Shown here piece after piece: positions 16,887 to 25,293 of a DNA stretch of 32,000 nt (positions are counted from its first letter, which is position 1; the number at the start of each line of letters is the position of its first letter). The notes under the pieces were generated by a model. The model was not told the DNA's origin. It saw nothing but the letters and a program-made list of their open reading frames with translations, and ran no database searches. The stretch spans positions 1 through 32,000 of the forward strand of contig JAJRZD010000033.1 of assembly GCA_024275415.1 (NCBI GenBank). Direction: 5' to 3'. This stretch comes from an archaeon. GTDB taxonomy: Archaea > Asgardarchaeota > Thorarchaeia > Thorarchaeales > Thorarchaeaceae. The position numbers and the translations under genes were made by a program.

Positions 16887-18323
16887 CTAGGTGTGTTTCT
16901 CTTTTGAGATATGCGATTCTCTTATGCGCTGGATTTCAGAAATCATGTTCTCAATGGCGTTACTCTTGAAGAGGAACCCTGTATCGAATGTTTCTCTTGA
17001 CTTGTTATCTGACAGCTTACCAATCAAGTCTTCTGGACTTTTGACGCTTTCCACAAATCCTTCTTGTATTATGTGGTTCATTATCTCAGCACCCTTGATG
17101 TCAACAATAAAAGTTCGTAACCCAAATGCTAATCCCTCATATAGGGCGGTCGAACCAACACCCACAATAACCTTGGACTTGGAAAATAGTTCGTATAATG
17201 ATGCATCCAATCTGTCGATGACATTGATATCTGTGTGAAGCAACCAAGGATATTTCTCCTGCCATCCGTGTACTTCTTGTGGATGCAACTTGTACAATAT
17301 CTCGTGATCCAAATCTAGCTGAGTACTTAATTTGGCTGCAAACTTAGATAGATCCTCACCTATGGTGTCTTGAGAGATAAACAAAATATAATCACCATCT
17401 CCATGTTTTCTGAATTCCTCTTTCTGCATTTCCAGATATGGGAATCCCACCGATATTATTCGTGACTCATCAACTGGGAAATCAGCAACGGTTCTCCAGT
17501 AGTCGCCCCAGACAAAGAGATAGTCTGCAAAAGATTTTTTCGTTCCATTAGGGAAAGAATAACCAACATGGTATGGTGATATCACTCCATGTTGGAGTTC
17601 TATGGTGACCACACCCAATTTTTTGCAGGCCTCTATGAGATCCTCCCATCCATATCCTTGCGTCAAAATCACGATTTCTGGCTCAATCTTCATAAGAAGT
17701 TTCAAGAACAGCGGCAGTCGGGCCTTTCTTTCCTGTAGCGTCCGTTTTGTCATAGATATGAGGTTAACCGAAACACCAAAGGTCGATTTCAGAATGGTTC
17801 TTATCTCCTCAAGTTTACCATATTCCTCCTCTGTGAGTTTGATTTTGACCCGTCTTAGAATTCGTTTCAGATAGGTTCTCATTTCGATGAAGTCGAAATA
17901 TCGGAGGTTTTTTGTCTTTGCGGGAGAATAATGCTTGTTATCGAAATGGGATTCTATTGCTATAATACTATCCTGCATCCGATCGATTAGGAGGTCTGAA
18001 TAAATGTCCCACCACACACCACCTTGAAACTTTCTTCTCGCACTACTGATTACAATGATTGATGATTTAGGAGATAGAAAGGGGTTTTTTGATACTCGGA
18101 ATACGGATAGCATCAACCGTTTTATCCGCGACCCATTGCTTTTTTTTCCCCCATGACTACTGTCTGTGGTTGTACCTTCCCTGATAATTTTTGAATATAC
18201 TTGGAAACGCACTCGTTCCCAGAACAGGACATCCTGGATTTTGAGGTTGAACAAATCGTGTTGCCTTTCAATTTGCGAAAGCATCTCGTAAACTTCTACC
18301 CAGTCCATTGCTTCGGCCTTCAT
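16887..18323 (-). CDS. Putative GT-B glycosyltransferase, candidate nonulosonic acid transferase
   Basis: ELQHGVI, YLFVWGDYW, VGFPYL, FISQ, YKLHPQE and STALYEGLAFG resemble capsule/TagF-like and sialyltransferase-like folds. Located within the neu cluster. Start uncertain (18368, 18323 or 18308). Confidence 0.65.
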   Translation of the reverse strand: MKAEAMDWVEVYEMLSQIERQHDLFNLKIQDVLFWERVRFQVYSKIIREGTTTDSSHGGKKSNGSRIKRLMLSVFRVSKNPFLSPKSSIIVISSARRKFQGGVWWDIYSDLLIDRMQDSIIAIESHFDNKHYSPAKTKNLRYFDFIEMRTYLKRILRRVKIKLTEEEYGKLEEIRTILKSTFGVSVNLISMTKRTLQERKARLPLFLKLLMKIEPEIVILTQGYGWEDLIEACKKLGVVTIELQHGVISPYHVGYSFPNGTKKSFADYLFVWGDYWRTVADFPVDESRIISVGFPYLEMQKEEFRKHGDGDYILFISQDTIGEDLSKFAAKLSTQLDLDHEILYKLHPQEVHGWQEKYPWLLHTDINVIDRLDASLYELFSKSKVIVGVGSTALYEGLAFGLRTFIVDIKGAEIMNHIIQEGFVESVKSPEDLIGKLSDNKSRETFDTGFLFKSNAIENMISEIQRIRESHISKEKHT

Positions 18324-18671
18324 TATTGTTTTTGGATAAAGTGTGCAGGATTGTCCGGAATATCTCATAACTCCTTTTATTTTGTTGCCAATGCAAGGCT
18401 CTTGTGAAAAACCAGCTATAAGTTTCTGTTTGAAATCCGCATGAATGACTGCGTGTCAGAATTCCAACACCTCGGTTCTTACCACAATCAATCTTATGAC
18501 ATCCGGTTGGTTTTTTCACACATCTTCGCAATGCAATATGTCAATGATTGGCACTTCTCAGAAATGATGGGGTTTTTGACTTACACATTGTCTGTGTGCT
18601 TGTTCATTGCCGGATAGATTAAATATGGTGACCAAGGACTTCAATTTGCTTATTCCACGAGGGTCTACTCA

Positions 18672-19724
18672 ATGGGTATAAAGAAGTTCATCATGAAACA
18701 GTATTGGCGTATTGGCACTATAAGAGCACTGCTAAGCCTTGCTCTTGCAATGTTGGTCATTGGTCGTCTTTACTATCAGTTCATCCCAGGGCTTAAAGAC
18801 ATGGGCATGTATGGTGCATTAATACTGGGCACGTTTCTAGTCTTTATTTTCATGGGAATCGGCTGGGCATATGATGTCAAGGCAAAGATGTGGAGTCAGA
18901 AGGAACAAGCTATCACCGAACGCAATGCATACTCTTACATACCAAGTTATTGGGAAATTGTGGTACACTATGCAATCTATCGTTCAATGGTACGCACGTT
19001 CAAGCAGATTCTGTCCAAGAACGGACTTGATAGTGACTACCTAGATGACGCACAACGATATCTGGATGGATACTTTGGACGCAAGCTCACACGTGAGGAT
19101 ATTTTTTCATCTTTGTCTGCCGGACTTGCATTCTGTCAAAAACATCCTTTTTCAACAACAACATCTCAGGAACAAAAGAGAGTTCCGATAAGGAGTAGAA
19201 TAAAGCTTGGTTTTCAGGTCATGATGCTTCGACTTAACTGGATTCAATCTCTGACAGGATTGGTTCAAGAGGTGTTGGTCTTTGGAACTTTCTTTATCGC
19301 GTTAATCTATTTACAGGGTAAAGAGGTTGTTGATGAAATCCTGCCCTTTGATATTCTAGTAATTGGTTTCTTTCTAGTGTCAATTCCCTTGTTTGCTGTG
19401 TTGGTTTCTTTAGGATGGCTCTATGACAGGAAGTTCAAGATTTGGGCCCCTGATTTCGTGGTTAGAATCGAACGGAACCCGTATACGTATCTGGCTGAAC
19501 CAAAATTACACGTAATGTACTTTCCCTTCTATTTCGCCCTTCTTCAAACTATGAAAAAGATATTCATTTCCCATCAAATGGATGTGACCGAGTTGGATCG
19601 GATACAGCAGTTTCTTGGCTCTTACCAGAACTTAGATGTAGCCAAAGATGAACACATGATAATCGCTAAAGAGTTACGGAAAACTTACGGAGAATTATTT
19701 GGTAATCAAAAGCGGGGGCATTGA
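18672..19724 (+). CDS. Hypothetical membrane protein made of two tandem copies of a ~170 aa module
   Basis: Both halves have about two hydrophobic segments followed by G[WY]xYDx5Wx8ERN[AP]YxY. Confidence 0.85.
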   Translation: MGIKKFIMKQYWRIGTIRALLSLALAMLVIGRLYYQFIPGLKDMGMYGALILGTFLVFIFMGIGWAYDVKAKMWSQKEQAITERNAYSYIPSYWEIVVHYAIYRSMVRTFKQILSKNGLDSDYLDDAQRYLDGYFGRKLTREDIFSSLSAGLAFCQKHPFSTTTSQEQKRVPIRSRIKLGFQVMMLRLNWIQSLTGLVQEVLVFGTFFIALIYLQGKEVVDEILPFDILVIGFFLVSIPLFAVLVSLGWLYDRKFKIWAPDFVVRIERNPYTYLAEPKLHVMYFPFYFALLQTMKKIFISHQMDVTELDRIQQFLGSYQNLDVAKDEHMIIAKELRKTYGELFGNQKRGH

Positions 19725-19728
19725 ATAG

Positions 19729-20238
19729 ATGCGAATAAGAAAGTGGTTTATGAAACAACAATGGCGGATTGTACAGATCCGTGGAATCTGGGGATTGTTC
19801 TATGGCATATTCCTTTTGGCTTATGCATATTTCGAATACATCCCAATATTTGCAGGTCTTGGCATGTGGGGCCCTGTCGTGTTCTCGGGAGTGCTTTTAG
19901 TTGTGTTTCTAATACTGGGTTATTTGTACGACCGAGTATTTGTCCTCTGGGCCCCATCACAAGAGGTTGTGATTGAACGTAACCCATATCAGTACGTGCC
20001 TAGTCCAAAAGAGCATATATTCTGGTTTCCTCTTTATTCCAGTCTTTTAGACAGTATAGAGAAACTTGCAATGGAGTATGGCATTGACACATCTGACATT
20101 CAAGAAACAAAGGAATATTATGCGGAAATACAGAAACTTCGGCCTGATATACCTGATGATTTAGAACGGGCTGTGGAGCTAAGGAACGACTTCGTTTCAA
20201 AGCACCGGTATTGGAATGGGAACGCTCAAGACAACTGA
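19729..20238 (+). CDS. Hypothetical membrane protein, single-module paralogue of the upstream gene
   Basis: Aligns without gaps to the first half of 18672-19724 (MxIxKxxMKQxWRIxxIR...GYLYD...ERNPYQY). 4-bp gap from the upstream gene. Confidence 0.85.
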   Translation: MRIRKWFMKQQWRIVQIRGIWGLFYGIFLLAYAYFEYIPIFAGLGMWGPVVFSGVLLVVFLILGYLYDRVFVLWAPSQEVVIERNPYQYVPSPKEHIFWFPLYSSLLDSIEKLAMEYGIDTSDIQETKEYYAEIQKLRPDIPDDLERAVELRNDFVSKHRYWNGNAQDN

Positions 20239-20324
20239 GCACCCTTTAGTGGATCTAATAAGTCCTATGCAAGATGGGAAAGTATTAATCAGACACGAAA
20301 TCCCCTTGACATGAGGATTCTGGA

Positions 20325-21650
20325 ATGGCCCTCGGTAAATTATGTGTAGTTGGTCTTGGATATGTAGGCTTGCCAGTAGCCGCAAAATTCGCAGAGGTCG
20401 GTTTTAACGTTGCAGGGATTGATATCGTCAAGAACAAGGTTACCCTCATAAATGAAGGGAAATCTCCCATTGAAGGGAACGAGCCAGATCTTGCAGAACT
20501 GGTTGCCAAGGTAGTATCTGACGGCAGCCTGCGCGCTTTTACTTCTTACGAGTCTGTCAAGGACGCAGACTTTGTTATCATCGTTGTGGAAACCCCGTTC
20601 GATAATGGTGCACACAAGCCAATCTACGGTGCATTGATATCCGCCACAAAAAGCGTTGGTCAACATATCAAGAAGGGCGTATTAGTCATCATCGAATCGA
20701 CAGTTGCTCCGGGCACGGTCAAGAACATTGTTCAGCCACTTCTAGAGTCTGAATCAGGGATGGTAGCTGGCACGGACTTCATGCTTGCCACAGCGCCTGA
20801 AAGAGTAATGCCTGGCAAGCTGTTACATAATCTAGTACACATGGATCGTGTGGTTGGCGGAATAGATGAGGCAAGCACATCGAAGGCAGTAGAACTCTAC
20901 AAACATATCGTCAAGGGCCACCTGTATCCGGTCGATAGTACCACAGCTGAGGTCGTGAAGACTGTAGAGAATGCATATAGGGATGTCCAGATAGCATTTG
21001 CAAACGAGATTGCCCTTTTGTGTGAGAACATTGGTGTTGATGTTTGGCAGGTACGGGATCTGGTCAATAGGGCCCCAAGTCGCAATATGCATCTTCCTGG
21101 AGCTGGTGTAGGTGGGCATTGTCTTCCGAAGGACTCGTGGTTACTCGCCTTCGGTGCAAAGGGGAAGTACAAGCCCAAACTGATATCATTGGCACGTGAC
21201 ATAAACGATGCAATGCCTGCCCACATGAGTGACCTGTGTGAGGAGGCACTTCAATCCCATAATCTGAGGCTGCATGGAAGCAATGTCACCATACTAGGTG
21301 TCGCATATCTTGAGAACTCTGATGACACTCGAAACTCGCCTGCATTGATACTGAAACAGAATCTTGAGGTGCTTGGAATCAATACAACACTTCATGATCC
21401 GCATGTGAAGTCAACTGACACGTTTCGGGTCTTGAGCGACTTTGAGGAAGCAGTGGAAAACTCTGACTGTGTTGCGATTGTCACCGCTCATGACGAGTAC
21501 AGAAAAATCGACTTGGACAGGTTAAAGGGACTGATGCGGACGCCAATTCTAGTCGATGGTCGGAACGTGTTGGATCCTGATGAATGCTCCCACAAGGGAT
21601 TCTCGTTCCGGGCGATTGGGCGTCCGATTAGGAATGCACGAAATCACTGA
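20325..21650 (+). CDS. UDP-N-acetylhexosamine 6-dehydrogenase (WecC/WbpA family)
   Basis: VVGLGYVGLP, IESTVAPGT, PERVMPG, EVVKTVENAYRDVQIAFANE, GVGGHCLPKD (catalytic Cys) and DTRNSP. Confidence 0.95.
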   Translation: MALGKLCVVGLGYVGLPVAAKFAEVGFNVAGIDIVKNKVTLINEGKSPIEGNEPDLAELVAKVVSDGSLRAFTSYESVKDADFVIIVVETPFDNGAHKPIYGALISATKSVGQHIKKGVLVIIESTVAPGTVKNIVQPLLESESGMVAGTDFMLATAPERVMPGKLLHNLVHMDRVVGGIDEASTSKAVELYKHIVKGHLYPVDSTTAEVVKTVENAYRDVQIAFANEIALLCENIGVDVWQVRDLVNRAPSRNMHLPGAGVGGHCLPKDSWLLAFGAKGKYKPKLISLARDINDAMPAHMSDLCEEALQSHNLRLHGSNVTILGVAYLENSDDTRNSPALILKQNLEVLGINTTLHDPHVKSTDTFRVLSDFEEAVENSDCVAIVTAHDEYRKIDLDRLKGLMRTPILVDGRNVLDPDECSHKGFSFRAIGRPIRNARNH

Positions 21651-22287
21651 ATACCAACTTCTCTATCTCGAAGGCTTCAGCATATTCAGTCCCGATGAAT
21701 GTGCCCCCATAGTTCAGGAATGCCCGTATCTTGTCAGGCTCGAAATAGTCCCTCCTAATCACTTGGGATTCGTATTTGTGGAGCATTTCGATTTTCTTGC
21801 TCACATCCTCCTCATCGAACTTGATAAACACACTCGGGGTGAATCCAGGCACGGTTCCTGGGACCTGATACATCCAGATACTTGTTCCTGTTCGCATAAA
21901 TGCCCGTCTGGTTTCTTCTCCGATTGTCTTGTGATCTTGATGGAGGTCATTAATGGATGGCGTTATCACAAGATCCGGCCTGAATTCCTTCCTTTCGAGA
22001 TAGATACGCTCAAGGATGTCTTGCCTGTAGTCAGGGAATCTCCTGACAGGGTATTCAAGGATCGTAAGGTCATTGATTCCTAGATGCTGGGCGGCGGCCT
22101 TGCATTCCTTTATCAGAACATCTTCATCATGTTTTGACCTGTCGACACTTTCTTTACAATCGCTGAAAACAAGGGACTTAACAGTGATACCACTTTCCAC
22201 CAGTTTCCTGACAGTACTACCAGCCCCAAGTTCCATATCGTCTGTATGTGGTGAGAGAACCAATACCCTATCCATGTTTAACTTCAT
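21628..22287 (-). CDS. PIG-L/LmbE family N-deacetylase (copy 2)
   Basis: SPHTDDMELGAG and DLHQDH motifs. Its 3' end overlaps the convergent dehydrogenase by 23 bp. Confidence 0.9.
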   Translation of the reverse strand: MKLNMDRVLVLSPHTDDMELGAGSTVRKLVESGITVKSLVFSDCKESVDRSKHDEDVLIKECKAAAQHLGINDLTILEYPVRRFPDYRQDILERIYLERKEFRPDLVITPSINDLHQDHKTIGEETRRAFMRTGTSIWMYQVPGTVPGFTPSVFIKFDEEDVSKKIEMLHKYESQVIRRDYFEPDKIRAFLNYGGTFIGTEYAEAFEIEKLVFSDFVHS

Positions 22288-22409
22288 TGTTCCAACCTCG
22301 CTTCACGAAGGTCAACCGAGCATGTTGAGAGTGAAAGATAACGTTTATGGCAATACTGATGACACCATATTCTTTTTATCGAGGAGTCAAGAGGAGATGG
22401 TAGTCTACC

Positions 22410-23075
22410 ATGAAGCTAACCGTTCACCAACCTAATTTCCTTCCTTATCTGGGCTTCTTTGACAAAATCCGGCAAGTCGACATCTTTGTCGTTATGGACG
22501 ATGTTCAATACACGAAAAGAGGTTTCACGAATCGGAATCGGATCAAGAAACCTGATGGAGCAATGTGGCTCACCGTTCCAGTGAAGAGTGAACGAGATAG
22601 TCTGGTGAACGAGGTGCGAATCTCAAACCACGTTGACTGGAAAAGCCGTCACCTCAAGACATTGGAACATATGTATAGCAAAGCAGGCCACTTCGATGAG
22701 GTATTTCCGGTCATACAGGATGTGTATTCACAGGACTGGTCGTTGCTATCAGACCTAAATATCGAGATGATTCGACGATGCTTCTATTTTCTGGGCATCA
22801 CCGTAAGAATGGTAATGAGTTCTTCATTGGACATAAGTGACAAGTTTGGTGGGGAACGTATCATCGAGATATGTAAGCGTCTTGACTGCCCCGAGTACTT
22901 CTCAGGAAAATCTGGGAGAAACTATCTGGATCTATCCGCCTTTGAGGATAAGGATATTCGAGTCACCTTCCAAGATTTCGAGCATCCTGTCTATCTCCAG
23001 CAGTTTGGAGAATTCATCCCTAACCTTTCAGTGATTGACTATCTTTTCAACGTTGGAGGACAACCGTTCTGGTAG
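22410..23075 (+). CDS. WbqC family protein
   Basis: HQPNFLPYLGFFDKI...DDVQY...NRNRI...WLTVPV, YFSGKSG.NYL and LSVIDYLFN. Confidence 0.93.
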   Translation: MKLTVHQPNFLPYLGFFDKIRQVDIFVVMDDVQYTKRGFTNRNRIKKPDGAMWLTVPVKSERDSLVNEVRISNHVDWKSRHLKTLEHMYSKAGHFDEVFPVIQDVYSQDWSLLSDLNIEMIRRCFYFLGITVRMVMSSSLDISDKFGGERIIEICKRLDCPEYFSGKSGRNYLDLSAFEDKDIRVTFQDFEHPVYLQQFGEFIPNLSVIDYLFNVGGQPFW

Positions 23076-23108
23076 ATGAATCTAGAGCTACAAGCGTGGT
23101 CGGTTTCG

Positions 23109-24110
23109 ATGAATGAACAAAGAACTTCGGAGTTCCGGAAAGATGTGACTCAAGAGGAACAATTGCAGAGGATGAACGAACTCCTTTGGCCCTACGAAAA
23201 AGATGCGATATCACAATTCACAGAGCCCGCGAAGCCGACGTTGTTCATAGTCGGTGCACCACGAAGTGCGACAACCCTTGTCTACCAGTTAGTTTCAGAT
23301 ACGGGCCTTTTCGGATACATCTCGAATTATATTGCTAGGTTCTACGCTGCCCCGTTCATCGGTGCACTCCAAGCAAAGACACTGGGGATGGTTCATTCTT
23401 CGAAGATGTCTTTTGAATCGAAATTCGGGCGGACTAAGGGTTGGCATGAACCTCATCAGTTCAACTATTTCTGGAGAAAGTGGTTCCGATATGATAAAGA
23501 TCACCAGATGAATCAAAGTTTTATCGAATCTATGGACAAGATAACGTTCAGACGGGAGATTGCCGCTTTGGAGAATGTGTTTCAGCAGCCCATGGCTTTC
23601 AAAAGCCTCTACTGCGGATTGCAGGTTGAATTTCTCAAGAGGACATTGCCCAAATCTAGATTCGTGATATGCACTAGAAACCCTCTTTATCAAGCTCAGT
23701 CAATTCTCTCTGGACGCAAGGCGTTCTTCGGCACATATGAGGGATGGTTCTCTTTGAAGCCTGCCGAGTACTCGTCCCTTAAAGAGATGGATGTCTTTCA
23801 TCAAGTTGCGGGACAGATCTACTACATCTTAAAATCAATTGGAAGTGGGTTAAAGGCAGTGGGTGAACACGAGTATCAAATAATCGATCAGGAAGACCTG
23901 ATACGTGACCCACGAGGAGTCATGTCGAACATCATCAAATTAGGTGGTCAGGATCCCACGAAGGCGAATCTATCCAATCTGCCAGAATCTTTCGAGAATC
24001 GAAATGAGCAGAAGCTACCAGATGAAGAATGGGAACAGCTCAAGGAAGCCATAGATGACTTCTTTGGCGATATGAGCTGCCGTGACGTTCTTCTTGACTC
24101 CTCTCATTGA
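23109..24110 (+). CDS. PAPS-dependent sulfotransferase family protein
   Basis: 5'-PSB loop FIVGAPRSATT and 3'-PB motif TRNPLYQAQS. Probable start 23109; the ORF extends to 23076. Confidence 0.88.
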   Translation: MNEQRTSEFRKDVTQEEQLQRMNELLWPYEKDAISQFTEPAKPTLFIVGAPRSATTLVYQLVSDTGLFGYISNYIARFYAAPFIGALQAKTLGMVHSSKMSFESKFGRTKGWHEPHQFNYFWRKWFRYDKDHQMNQSFIESMDKITFRREIAALENVFQQPMAFKSLYCGLQVEFLKRTLPKSRFVICTRNPLYQAQSILSGRKAFFGTYEGWFSLKPAEYSSLKEMDVFHQVAGQIYYILKSIGSGLKAVGEHEYQIIDQEDLIRDPRGVMSNIIKLGGQDPTKANLSNLPESFENRNEQKLPDEEWEQLKEAIDDFFGDMSCRDVLLDSSH

Positions 24111-25219
24111 GCCCGTGAAATAACCTCTCGTAACGTACCAACATAGTTGTCCATTAGCATGTTCTGCCCAGCCCAATCTTGAAGATAGATCCTACGTTCT
24201 AGGATTTCCTCCGGACTCATTTTCTTCATGGTACGGATGGTTTCTAAAAACTCTCTCTCATTTCCGTATGTGAGGCAGCTCCCCTTTGGCAAGAAGTTGA
24301 TGATGGACACAAAATCCCGATTCAACACGAAAATCAGACCAGCGTGAGAATATGTAGCAGCCTTATTTGGGAATGAATATCGATGATACCAGAAGTCAGT
24401 CCAAGGGATCAAACCAAACTGATATTCGTTCGTCAAAACATCCATCAGAACTGAAGGATGTATCCAATCACGATGCCTGATCCATTTCCAGTGTTCAGGT
24501 GGCTTTCTCCCGACCCAATCCACTATGATTCCTCCTTCCTCTTCAATCATCTCTCTATGTCTTCCAGGAAACCTGTGTTCGAGAAATCCCTCGTAGTCCC
24601 GTGCCAGACAGATTGACTTGAGAGGTCCGGAGTGCAATGATGGTTTCGCAAGATTCCCGACTTCGCTTTTGAATGGGAAATTCGGAATCACTTCGCAGGT
24701 CGCAATATGCCGTCTGTGTTCTCTTGCAATTGCTTCACTTACTGTCACGATCGATGCTGCAGAACGAAGTATCTGGCGTTCCCATTTTCTATATATTCTT
24801 GGAACGATGAAATATCGCGCAGAGTTTTTCATTCTGGCTGGCAGTGATTTGGCTTTCATCCTCTTGATCATGGTCTGTCGCGACCAATACTCGTGGTCAT
24901 CATATACGTATGGGATCCCGAGGTCATAGGCTATCTTTCCAGAAATCACATTATGGGCATACACTATATCTGGCTGGATCTTGTCCACGACATCTTCAGC
25001 CTCTTTCTTAAGGCGTTGATAGAATGGGGGTATTCCAAGGTTGTTAAGGGTTCTAAATGCCTTGGAGTGGTAGGTTTCTTCAAATGCCTCCTCGTACAGA
25101 GGAGTCCCCCTTCTCATTGACCCGAAGAAATAGGATTTGGAGAATCCTCTAGCAAGCATTGCCAGCCGCTCAACACGGGGGTCTGGCAATCCTTCGTGCG
25201 ATATGTGAAGTATCTTCAT
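24104..25219 (-). CDS. Glycosyltransferase, divergent GT4-like (GT-B)
   Basis: DPRVER, DIVYAHN, YVYDDHEYW, IVTVSEAIA, VIPNFP and FGLIPW...FPNK. Probable start 25219. Confidence 0.8.
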   Translation of the reverse strand: MKILHISHEGLPDPRVERLAMLARGFSKSYFFGSMRRGTPLYEEAFEETYHSKAFRTLNNLGIPPFYQRLKKEAEDVVDKIQPDIVYAHNVISGKIAYDLGIPYVYDDHEYWSRQTMIKRMKAKSLPARMKNSARYFIVPRIYRKWERQILRSAASIVTVSEAIAREHRRHIATCEVIPNFPFKSEVGNLAKPSLHSGPLKSICLARDYEGFLEHRFPGRHREMIEEEGGIIVDWVGRKPPEHWKWIRHRDWIHPSVLMDVLTNEYQFGLIPWTDFWYHRYSFPNKAATYSHAGLIFVLNRDFVSIINFLPKGSCLTYGNEREFLETIRTMKKMSPEEILERRIYLQDWAGQNMLMDNYVGTLREVISRAQ

Positions 25220-25293
25220 TGATTGAACACCCATTCGTTCTTGCTGTGTATCATCAGTATGTCTTGCCGTTGTCCTTCTATTTACTCTATCCC

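Noticed and set aside
18441-18617. 58-aa ORF (MNDCVSEF...) and the overlapping 87-aa minus ORF in the 300-bp gap
   Set aside because: No motif, no ribosome-binding site and atypical composition; the gap more likely holds divergent promoters.
22397-22411. ATGGTAG-T-CTACCAT palindrome overlapping the wbqC start codon
   Set aside because: A single 7-bp-arm palindrome is within chance expectation and no second copy was seen. It could still be an operator if conserved.
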